Of a stretch of DNA of 32,141 nucleotides, positions 1 through 7,659 are shown one piece after another; the first letter of the stretch is position 1; each line of letters opens with the position of its first letter. Location of the stretch: assembly GCA_012271125.1 (NCBI GenBank), contig JAAXHB010000028.1, forward strand, positions 1 to 32,141. The letters are read 5' to 3'. This DNA comes from Actinomycetota bacterium. Its GTDB lineage: Bacteria; Actinomycetota; Acidimicrobiia; Acidimicrobiales; Aldehydirespiratoraceae. The notes under the pieces were generated by a model. It saw nothing but the letters and a program-made list of their open reading frames with translations. It was not told where the DNA came from and ran no database searches. The position numbers and the translations under genes are program-made.

Positions 1-2
1 GT

Positions 3-335
3 TTGATAGTGCTCGACGATCCCCGCTGGCCAAGGTCGTTGCTGGAGTCACTGCGACACGCCGGAGTGCGAGACATAGACGTCATCGTTGCCCCCGACGG
101 CGACGCAACCGACGCCTATGCGGTGCTTACCTTGCTTGAACGATTTGACCCGCAACTGGTGCTTGCCCCGCCGATGCATCGAGTCCCGCACGCTCGCACA
201 ACCCAAGCTGGAGACCTCTGGCCACTAGGCAACCCACATCTAAGCAAACCACACCAACCCACCGCGCAACTAGCAATCATCGCCGACATCCCAAGCCTCG
301 AAGTTCAAGTCGTCGCAGCCAATCCCCAAGTTTGA
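3..335 (+). CDS. 5'-truncated CDS, probably the C-terminal end of a ComEC/Rec2-like protein with a degenerate metallo-beta-lactamase-fold tail
   Basis: The ORF is open to the window edge. It sits directly upstream of holA, as in the actinobacterial comEC-holA-rpsT-lepA order. The peptide VLDD..GVRDIDVIVAPDGDATDAY..LVLAP resembles the MBL tail but lacks HxHxDH. Confidence 0.4.
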   Translation: MIVLDDPRWPRSLLESLRHAGVRDIDVIVAPDGDATDAYAVLTLLERFDPQLVLAPPMHRVPHARTTQAGDLWPLGNPHLSKPHQPTAQLAIIADIPSLEVQVVAANPQV

Positions 336-435
336 ACCTATGCCACAGCGGTGACATAACATTCGCCTATGCCAAACAAGCAGACAGAAAATCAATAATG
401 GGCAGAAAACAGATTTTGGGAATGGCTAGCCAATC

Positions 436-1446
436 ATGAGCGTGTATCTCATCACCGGTGACGACCCAGTGCTCGTCTCCCAAGCCGTTGAAAAACTCAC
501 TGACGAACTCCTCGGCGACGAAGACCGCGCCCTAGCCCTAACCAGGCTCGACGAAACCAACTTCGACACAGAAGAAGCCCTAACCGCAGCCCCACTAATC
601 GCCGCTGCCCAAACCCCACCATTTTTGTCAGACAAAAGAGTCATCGTGGGCCGCCACCTCGCCCGATTGAGTCGAGCCGAGCTCTACAACCCACTAGTCG
701 ACTTATGTGGCGACCTTTTAGACACCAACGACGTCGTTTTCGTCTGGGAACGCGGCCAAGACACCGCCGCCAAAATGCCAGCCCTGCCAAAAGCTCTAAG
801 CGAAGCCGTCACCAAAGCCGGCGGACAGGTCATCTCCACCGACCGCCCGATGCGCAAACAAGAAGCCACCAAATGGCTCAAAGACCAGATCGTCCAAAGC
901 GGCCTCAAATTCGACGCAGCGGCAACTAACGCCCTCGCAAATCTCGCCGGCACAGACGGAGGCATCGTCGTTGGCTGCTTACGCACCCTCGAAGGTGCCC
1001 TCGGCCCCGGCGCTCAAGTCACCGCCGAAGACGTCACCACATACGGCGGCACACCCGGCTCAGTCGTGCCTTGGGAACTCGACGACGCCATCGACGCCGG
1101 CGACATCGCCCAAGCAATCGCAGTTCTACAACGCCAACTCCCAGACCGCCACCCGTTCCAAATAATGGCGTCGCTGCACGGGCGCTATGAACGAATGCTG
1201 CGTCTTGACGGCTCCGGCGCAACCAGCGACGCACAAGCCGCGCAAGTACTCAACATGAAAGGCTCAACCTTCCCGGCTAAAAAACTCCTAAACCAAAGCC
1301 GCAAACTTGGCACAAAAGGCGTCGGCAAAGCCATGAAACTGCTAGCCGAAGCAGACCTATCCCTGCGTGGCGATCAGGTGGCGTGGCCCGAAGAGCTAGT
1401 CATGGAAGTGCTAGTCGCTCGACTAGCCGCGCTATCTAGAAAGTAG
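436..1446 (+). CDS. holA: DNA polymerase III subunit delta
   Basis: 336-aa ORF with a typical HolA N-terminus (VYLITGDDPVLV) and length. Synteny with rpsT and lepA supports the call. Confidence 0.8.
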   Translation: MSVYLITGDDPVLVSQAVEKLTDELLGDEDRALALTRLDETNFDTEEALTAAPLIAAAQTPPFLSDKRVIVGRHLARLSRAELYNPLVDLCGDLLDTNDVVFVWERGQDTAAKMPALPKALSEAVTKAGGQVISTDRPMRKQEATKWLKDQIVQSGLKFDAAATNALANLAGTDGGIVVGCLRTLEGALGPGAQVTAEDVTTYGGTPGSVVPWELDDAIDAGDIAQAIAVLQRQLPDRHPFQIMASLHGRYERMLRLDGSGATSDAQAAQVLNMKGSTFPAKKLLNQSRKLGTKGVGKAMKLLAEADLSLRGDQVAWPEELVMEVLVARLAALSRK

Positions 1447-1474
1447 TTGGCACGTAAATACTTGCCAGCGCTAA

Positions 1475-1744
1475 CTATTTGGAGTCTTGCAGACCCTTGA
1501 TCTGAGCATGAAGGCGACTCTTGCGACGAGCCGCCGTATTCTTATGCAAAACCCGCTTAGCAGCAGCCTTATCAATGCGCTTAATCGCCGCCCGCAGCTT
1601 CTCCTCAGTGTCGGCACCACCGGAAGCCGCAGCCGCCAAAGCAGCCTTGGTGCGGGTGCCCAACTCTGAACGCACAGCCTTGTTACGCAGCCGGCGCTTT
1701 TCGTTTTGACGATTGCGCTTGATCTGAGACTTTATGATTGCCAC
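1475..1744 (-). CDS. rpsT: 30S ribosomal protein S20
   Basis: 89-aa basic protein starting (GTG)[22 protein letters not shown], the canonical S20 N-terminus. It is divergent from lepA. Confidence 0.95.
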   Translation of the reverse strand: MAIIKSQIKRNRQNEKRRLRNKAVRSELGTRTKAALAAAASGGADTEEKLRAAIKRIDKAAAKRVLHKNTAARRKSRLHAQIKGLQDSK

Positions 1745-1830
1745 AGCTTTCTAGGCTAGAGCCTGCGCCAGCAAAAAACGCGGGCAGATGCGCCAAATCT
1801 CCGATGCGAGAAAGAGATACCCAGAATCAG

Positions 1831-3612
1831 ATGGACCTAAACCGCATCCGCAACACCTCAATCATCGCCCACATCGACCACGGCAAATCCACCCTCGCGG
1901 ACCGCATCTTGGAACTAACCGGTGCCGTCGACGCCCGCGACATGCGCGAACAATTCCTCGACTCAATGGAACTCGAACGCGAACGAGGCATCACCATCAA
2001 ACTCCAATCAGTGCGACTCAACTGGGCAGACCATGTCATCAACCTCATCGACACCCCCGGCCACGTCGACTTCTCATATGAAGTCAGCCGCTCTCTCGCA
2101 GCGTGTGAATCAGTCATCCTCGTGGTCGACGCCGCCCAAGGCATCGAAGCCCAAACGCTTGCCAACTGCTACCTTGCCATGGAAAACGACCTCGAAATCG
2201 TCGCCGCCTTAAACAAAATCGACCTCCCCGCCGCCGACCCCGACCGTTGCGCTGCAGAAATCGAACAAGTTCTTGGCATTGCCGCCGAAGACGTCTTAAA
2301 CATCTCAGCCAAAACCGGCGAAGGCGTCAAAGAACTCCTCGACGCCATCGTCGAACGGACCCCAGCTCCCAAAGGCGACCCCGACAAACCCCTCCAAGCC
2401 CTCATCTTCGACTCGCACTTCGACCAATACCGAGGCGTCGTCTCCTCGCTGCGGGTCATGAACGGCGTGCTCCACAAAAACACCAATCTGCGCTTCATGC
2501 AAGCCAACACCCGCCACGAAGTCCACGAAATCGGCGTGCGCCTACCCGACCACACAGCCGTCGACAAGCTCGGCCCAGGCGAAACCGGCTACCTAATCGC
2601 CGGCATAAAAAACGTCTCCGAAGCCCGCTCCGGCGAAACCGTCACCGATGACACCAACCGAGCCGACCAACCCCTCGAGGGCTACTCCGACCCTAAACCC
2701 ATGGTCTTTTCCGGCCTCTACCCAACCGAAGGCGACGAATTCGCCAACCTAAGAGTCGCCCTAGAAAAACTTCGCCTCAACGACTCCGGCTTCAACTACG
2801 AACCTGAAACCTCAGGCGCACTCGGTTTCGGATTCCGCTGCGGCTTCCTCGGCCTACTCCACATGGAAATCGTGCGAGAACGCCTCGAACGAGAATTTGA
2901 CCTGTCACTCATCTCAACCGCACCCTCAGTCGAATACCGGGTCACCAAAACCGACGGCGAGCTCAAAATCGTTTCCAACCCCTCCGAAATGCCCCACCCA
3001 TCCGAAATACTCGAAATCGCCGAGCCCTACCTCAACGCCTCCATCATCGCCCCCGCCGATCACACCGGCACGATCATGGACCTGTGCCAAACCCGCCGAG
3101 GCGAGCTCATCAAAATGGAGTACCTGTCACCAGAACGTGTCGAACTGCGCTACCGCCTACCGCTCGCCGAAATCGTCCTCGACTTCTACGACCACCTCAA
3201 AAGCCGCACCCAGGGCTACGCCAGCCTCGACTACGAAGCCGCCGGACACGACACCGCCGACCTGGTCAAAGTTGACGTGCTGTTACACGGCGAACCTGTC
3301 GACGCCTTCTCCACCGTCGTCCACAAAGACAAGGCCTACAACTACGGCCGCTCCATGACCGAAAAACTCAGCGAGCTAATCCCACGCCAACAATTCGAAG
3401 TCCCCATCCAAGCCGCCATCGGCGGACGCATCATCGCCCGAGAAACCGTGCGCGCCTACCGCAAAGACGTCACCCAAAAGCTCTACGGTGGCGACGTCAC
3501 CCGCAAACGCAAACTCCTCGAAAAACAAAAAGCCGGCAAAAAACGCATGAAAAGCATCGGCAGGGTCGACATCCCCCAAGAAGCATTCGTCTCCGCCCTG
3601 ACTTTGGATTAG
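1831..3612 (+). CDS. lepA: Elongation factor 4 (translational GTPase LepA)
   Basis: [20 protein letters not shown] (G1), DTPGHVDF (G3), NKIDL (G4) and the LepA-specific C-terminus [14 protein letters not shown]. The start is placed at ATG 1831 rather than the track's 1738 extension. Confidence 0.95.
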   Translation: MDLNRIRNTSIIAHIDHGKSTLADRILELTGAVDARDMREQFLDSMELERERGITIKLQSVRLNWADHVINLIDTPGHVDFSYEVSRSLAACESVILVVDAAQGIEAQTLANCYLAMENDLEIVAALNKIDLPAADPDRCAAEIEQVLGIAAEDVLNISAKTGEGVKELLDAIVERTPAPKGDPDKPLQALIFDSHFDQYRGVVSSLRVMNGVLHKNTNLRFMQANTRHEVHEIGVRLPDHTAVDKLGPGETGYLIAGIKNVSEARSGETVTDDTNRADQPLEGYSDPKPMVFSGLYPTEGDEFANLRVALEKLRLNDSGFNYEPETSGALGFGFRCGFLGLLHMEIVRERLEREFDLSLISTAPSVEYRVTKTDGELKIVSNPSEMPHPSEILEIAEPYLNASIIAPADHTGTIMDLCQTRRGELIKMEYLSPERVELRYRLPLAEIVLDFYDHLKSRTQGYASLDYEAAGHDTADLVKVDVLLHGEPVDAFSTVVHKDKAYNYGRSMTEKLSELIPRQQFEVPIQAAIGGRIIARETVRAYRKDVTQKLYGGDVTRKRKLLEKQKAGKKRMKSIGRVDIPQEAFVSALTLD

Positions 3613-3614
3613 GG

Positions 3615-4697
3615 GTGACTACTAACATCGCGACGATGCCTAAGGATCTTCTCGACAGCAAACAACAGCTAGATCACCGCAAGGCAGCGATTCTCGAAGC
3701 GATCATCCGTGAATACATCTCAACCGCTCAACCAGTGGGATCAGGCAGCATTTCCGAAGCTCCCGGCGTTGAAGTCTCCTCAGCCACCGTGCGTAACGAA
3801 ATGGCAGCCCTAGAAAACGATGACTATCTCTGCCAACCCCACACCAGCGCCGGACGAGTGCCAACCCCCAAGGGCTACCGATATTTCGTTGACAAAATCC
3901 GTGGCATGGCACCCAACCTCGACACCGCCGACCGTCGCCAAGTCAGCGATTTCTTCTCTGTCGCCCACAACGAACTCTCAACCATGCTTAACCACACCAC
4001 CGGCCTGCTGTCGGACCTCACCGACTGGGCTGGACTAGTGGTAAGCCCCAGCCCAGTCAACGACACCGTCCGCTCAGTTCAACTCGTTGACATCGCCCCA
4101 GGACGGGTGTTGCTCGTGGCGGTCATGTCAAGCGGTGCCGTAGAGAACCGCGCCCTTGAAGTTGACCCAACAACGACATCAGAAGAAGTCGACGCCGCAT
4201 CCCAAGAACTCACAGCCCGCATCGTGGGACGTTCACCGACAACAGCGACGACTACAGCGACGACTACACCGACAACAACAGACGATTCCGATGCAACGTT
4301 GACAGTCAAAACCTCCACTCTTGCCGATACCGCCATCCGTGCCTTATCCAACAACATCGACCATCACGAAGTCTTCGTCGGCGGCACCGCCAAACTCGCC
4401 GCAGCGTTTGGTGCCGCCGAACAACTTCGTGAAGTCCTAAACGTTCTTGAACAACAGCTAGTTGTCGTCTCACTAATTCGTGAAGTCATAGACAGAGGCA
4501 ACCGTGTCGCCATTGGTGCTGAATCAGGCATCGGCTCTTTGTCGGAATGCTCGCTGGTGTTAGCACCTTATGAGGTCAGTGGGGGAGCAACCGGCACAAT
4601 CGGCATCCTCGGTCCGACCCGAATGGACTACCCCCAGGCACTCTCAGCTGTGGCGGTGGTCAGCGAACGCCTCAGCAGCGTGCTCGGCGACGGCTAA
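3615..4697 (+). CDS. hrcA: Heat-inducible transcription repressor HrcA, carrying a Thr-rich low-complexity insertion
   Basis: AILEAIIREYISTAQPVGSGSI and ATVRNEMAALENDDYLCQPHTSAGRVPTPKGYRYFVD signatures. It lies immediately upstream of dnaJ. The start is GTG 3615, with ATG 3636 as an alternative. Confidence 0.9.
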   Translation: MTTNIATMPKDLLDSKQQLDHRKAAILEAIIREYISTAQPVGSGSISEAPGVEVSSATVRNEMAALENDDYLCQPHTSAGRVPTPKGYRYFVDKIRGMAPNLDTADRRQVSDFFSVAHNELSTMLNHTTGLLSDLTDWAGLVVSPSPVNDTVRSVQLVDIAPGRVLLVAVMSSGAVENRALEVDPTTTSEEVDAASQELTARIVGRSPTTATTTATTTPTTTDDSDATLTVKTSTLADTAIRALSNNIDHHEVFVGGTAKLAAAFGAAEQLREVLNVLEQQLVVVSLIREVIDRGNRVAIGAESGIGSLSECSLVLAPYEVSGGATGTIGILGPTRMDYPQALSAVAVVSERLSSVLGDG

Positions 4698-4752
4698 GCC
4701 CAAACACATCTCAAAAACATCTTTGGCCCACAAACATCATTACAACCCCTAG

Positions 4753-5862
4753 ATGAGCGACCATTACGAAACCCTTGGCGTTTCCCCCGACTGCACAGAC
4801 GAAGAACTAAAACGCGCCTACCGCAAACTCGCCCGCCAACATCACCCCGACGCCAACCCCGGCGACACCCAAGCCGAAGCACGTTTCAAAGAAATCCGCT
4901 CCGCCTATGAAGTGTTGTCAGATCCGAAACGACGCTCGTTCTACGACCGCTACGGCACAGACGACCCCTCCGCCGCATCAATGTCAGACCCCTTCTCCGG
5001 CGGACTAGGTGGACTCTTTGATGCTTTCTTCGGCGGTGACTCACCCTTTGGCGGAGGCCAACGCCGCTCCGGACCACCCCGAGGCGAAGACCTTGAAACC
5101 CACGTCGACCTAGACCTTCAAGATGTCATCTTTGGTGCTGAACGCGAAGTTCAAGTCCGCACCGCAGTGCGCTGCGAAGAGTGCCAAGCTTCAGGCGTAG
5201 CCCCCGGCACCCAACCCATTCGCTGCGGCACCTGCCAAGGAACAGGTCAAGTCACACAAGTCGCCAAAACCATGCTCGGCCAGTTCCGCACCGTGACCCC
5301 TTGTAACCAATGCCGCGGTGAAGGAGAGGTCATCAAGAACTATTGCCCAACCTGTGAAGGCAACGGTCGCCGCATCGAAGAACATGACTACCCCATCAAG
5401 GTGCCCGTTGGCGTTGACGACGGCACCACCTTGCGTCTCGAAAGCAAAGGCGCAGTCGGCCCCAGAGGCGGCCCTGCTGGTGACCTATTCGTGCGCATCC
5501 GAGTCCGCCCCCATGAACGATTCAAGCGTGACGGCGATCACCTAGTCCACGACTACCACATCGGCTTCACCCAAGCTGCTCTAGGCAGCGAGTTTGAATA
5601 CGAAACCTTCGACGGCACCCAACCGCTCAAGATTCCCGCCGGCACCGAAGCCGGCACCGAAATCCGACTCAAGGGCAAAGGCGTTCCCAACGTGCGCACC
5701 CACCGGCGTGGTGACATTTACGTACGCGTAGTTGTCGACATCCCCGACGATCTCACCCCAGAGCAAGCCGACCTAATCCGCCAACTAGCCGAACTACGTG
5801 GCGAAGACGTTGCCGAGCCAAGCGAAGGACTGTTCGACAAGGTCAAATCCGCTTTCCGCTAA
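4753..5862 (+). CDS. dnaJ: Molecular chaperone DnaJ
   Basis: J-domain with HPD (ARQHHPDANPG), a G/F-rich region and four CxxCxGxG zinc-finger repeats (CEECQASG, CGTCQGTG, CNQCRGEG, CPTCEGNG). Confidence 0.95.
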   Translation: MSDHYETLGVSPDCTDEELKRAYRKLARQHHPDANPGDTQAEARFKEIRSAYEVLSDPKRRSFYDRYGTDDPSAASMSDPFSGGLGGLFDAFFGGDSPFGGGQRRSGPPRGEDLETHVDLDLQDVIFGAEREVQVRTAVRCEECQASGVAPGTQPIRCGTCQGTGQVTQVAKTMLGQFRTVTPCNQCRGEGEVIKNYCPTCEGNGRRIEEHDYPIKVPVGVDDGTTLRLESKGAVGPRGGPAGDLFVRIRVRPHERFKRDGDHLVHDYHIGFTQAALGSEFEYETFDGTQPLKIPAGTEAGTEIRLKGKGVPNVRTHRRGDIYVRVVVDIPDDLTPEQADLIRQLAELRGEDVAEPSEGLFDKVKSAFR

Positions 5863-6596
5863 TTCGGCAACATCAACACCACCCCCGGGGTCAAGTGCTG
5901 ATGATCAGAACCCAGCCGATAAGCGTTCAGCTCAACTAGCTCCATCCAATATGTCAACACATCGTGAGGCTCCATCAACCCACTCCGAGACTGCACAACA
6001 TCAGCAGCAATGCCCCAAAGGTTTTCACCTGGCATTACCAACCAAGTCCGCCCTAACGGACCCGCCACTTCAAAATCGTCATCAAATTCATCCCAGTCAA
6101 GCTCATCTGCACCTTGGTTGATTTGATACTGCTCAAGTTCAGCGACCGGTTCTGGCTCAGACGAATGAGTAGGGGAGTGGTGATATGTCAGCTGCCGTTG
6201 ATCGGTTACTAGTTCAACAGCAGCCACGTCATCGTGGGCATCGGCAACAGATGGAGCAACCGCTGCCCCCAACGCAACTGCAAATGTCCCCGACACGACC
6301 GCTCGCCGAAGCAGCGGCGCAGCAAACCAACTCGAAACGTCAAGCATCCAGGTCCAGCGCGTGGCAGTAGCCACAAACACCAACGAGCTAGCTATTGCCA
6401 AATAACCACACAAGACCAGTCCCAGCAAACGTGCCAGCGCCACCGTTGCCATCGGCGTGCCAACCGACGTCCACCAGCTCTCCAACTGCGTCGGCTTGCC
6501 CAACGGGGGAGTGCTGACCTGAACGCCTAGCCGCACGAGCACCAGAAAACCAAGCAGTCCCGCAGCTGCTGTGAATAACGACCTCTTGCCGCTCAT
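5859..6596 (-). CDS. Membrane protein with about 3 TM helices, an acidic linker and a C-terminal LysM-like domain
   Basis: Hydrophobic segments (LFTAAAGLLGFLVLV, LLGLVLCGYLAIASSLVFV, AVVSGTFAVALGAAVA). The C-terminus WLVMPGENLWGIAADV...ELNAYRL...PGVVLMLPN fits the LysM pattern. ATG 6596 overlaps the upstream stop (ATGA), and the track's longer start at 6659 was rejected. Confidence 0.6.
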   Translation of the reverse strand: MSGKRSLFTAAAGLLGFLVLVRLGVQVSTPPLGKPTQLESWWTSVGTPMATVALARLLGLVLCGYLAIASSLVFVATATRWTWMLDVSSWFAAPLLRRAVVSGTFAVALGAAVAPSVADAHDDVAAVELVTDQRQLTYHHSPTHSSEPEPVAELEQYQINQGADELDWDEFDDDFEVAGPLGRTWLVMPGENLWGIAADVVQSRSGLMEPHDVLTYWMELVELNAYRLGSDHQHLTPGVVLMLPN

Positions 6597-7507
6597 GACA
6601 CAGCTTGTGTGTTCGAGGCGAGCGAAACATCGGTTTGTGACGCATTTGATGGGTGACATACGTCACCAACACCGCCAATGCCATCGCCGGCATCAACACC
6701 GTTGCCAAGCACCAGAACTGTGGCAAACAGAAACCCCATAACGCCAACACCTCCAACGAGCAGATTCCTCTTTGGCAGATTTCGCTTTGGCAGATTCCGC
6801 TTTGGCAAATCCCTTTTTGGCAGATTCCTTGTTTCCGTATCCGGCTTTGACATGTTGCGTCTCTGCCCAAACAGCCGAGCCGGCCTCAACTCCCGCAATC
6901 GTGTTTTTCGCTTAGAGCGAACCAGCTGAGCGGCAACAGAGCGAGCAGTGCGTGCGTTCAATGTCTGATCCAAACGCAACGCCACATCACGAGCCCCGAT
7001 CTCGCCAGCCCTCAACTCACCGGCAATCGCAACCAACCTCTCACCGACAGCACCCCGACTAGAGCGACTCTCACCGCACGCCAAATGCGCCAACGCCTCA
7101 AGATCGGCACGCCGGTTCTCGTCGCTGGCGTCACCAGCTGCGCTAAACCCGCACAACACCGGACGGTCACGCTCGCCGTGCAACACATGACTTGCGTTTA
7201 GTTGACAATGAGCCATGCCCATGTCGTGCAAGTCCGCAATCACACCAGCTAAGGCAGCAATCGCTTCGACTCGCTCACCAGGTTCACCCAGCGGACGACT
7301 AGCCCAGGTGTCAGAGCTCACAAACAATGTCTGCAAGACCCGCCCACCATCTGAGGTGTGTTCGAGCCCAACGAGTCGCACCACGCCAGGATGATCAATC
7401 CGATCCAAAACCTCAGCCTCGTGATCTGCCTTGGCAGCCAGCTCAGCCGAAAGCTCCTTAACAGCAATCAGCTGGTCATTGGATCGGCTAACCGTCACCG
7501 CCGGCAT
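6593..7507 (-). CDS. Membrane-anchored Ser/Thr-kinase-like pseudokinase with (LPKRN)x5 juxtamembrane repeats
   Basis: Kinase-fold landmarks are present: IAVKEL (VAIK-like), EAEVLDRIDHPGVVRL (helix C / HPN-IV-like) and DLHDMGMAHCQLNASHVL in place of HRDLKPxN. CGFS replaces DFG and there is no GxGxxG loop. A C-terminal TM helix LLVGGVGVMGFLFATVLVLG follows. Confidence 0.6.
   Translation of the reverse strand: MPAVTVSRSNDQLIAVKELSAELAAKADHEAEVLDRIDHPGVVRLVGLEHTSDGGRVLQTLFVSSDTWASRPLGEPGERVEAIAALAGVIADLHDMGMAHCQLNASHVLHGERDRPVLCGFSAAGDASDENRRADLEALAHLACGESRSSRGAVGERLVAIAGELRAGEIGARDVALRLDQTLNARTARSVAAQLVRSKRKTRLRELRPARLFGQRRNMSKPDTETRNLPKRDLPKRNLPKRNLPKRNLLVGGVGVMGFLFATVLVLGNGVDAGDGIGGVGDVCHPSNASQTDVSLASNTQAVS
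6761..6835 (-). repeat. 5 x 15-bp tandem repeat inside the pseudokinase CDS, encoding LPKR(N/D) units
   Basis: Plus-strand units are cagattcctctttgg / cagatttcgctttgg / cagattccgctttgg / caaatccctttttgg / cagattccttgtttc. Confidence 0.9.
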
Positions 7508-7522
7508 GACGCCAAACCCTTC

Positions 7523-7554
7523 AATGTCATGTATATAAATGTCATGTCAATGAC
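7523..7554. promoter_or_regulatory. Candidate operator in an AT-rich divergent promoter region: AATGTCATGT direct repeat plus an inverted ATGAC
   Basis: AATGTCATGT occurs at 7523-7532 and 7538-7547 (15-bp spacing), followed by CAATGAC at 7548-7554. TATATAA and TATACA -10-like boxes are present. The site lies in the 152-bp AT-rich spacer between divergent genes. Confidence 0.35.
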
Positions 7555-7659
7555 TATACACATCGGCTATGACAAAATCAAATCGTAGAAAACCACACTA
7601 AACGCTCCTATATTCAAGCGCAAATCCAACCCCCATCCTCAAAGCGGTAGCCTTCAAAC

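Noticed and set aside
1738-1830. N-terminal extensions proposed by the ORF track (lepA 1738, gcvH 16834, gcvT 20131, aroC 22394, gcvP 28718, thiolase 29170, LysM 6659)
   Set aside because: The extensions add non-conserved, often repeat-derived residues upstream of canonical family N-termini. Internal ATGs coincide with conserved N-termini, upstream stops, or SD-like sequences.
6388-6870. 160-aa minus-strand ORF with GICQ(K/S)GICQ repeats spanning the pseudokinase/LysM junction
   Set aside because: It is an alternative frame of the 15-bp tandem repeat. It cuts across two better-supported, translationally coupled CDSs and has no other features.
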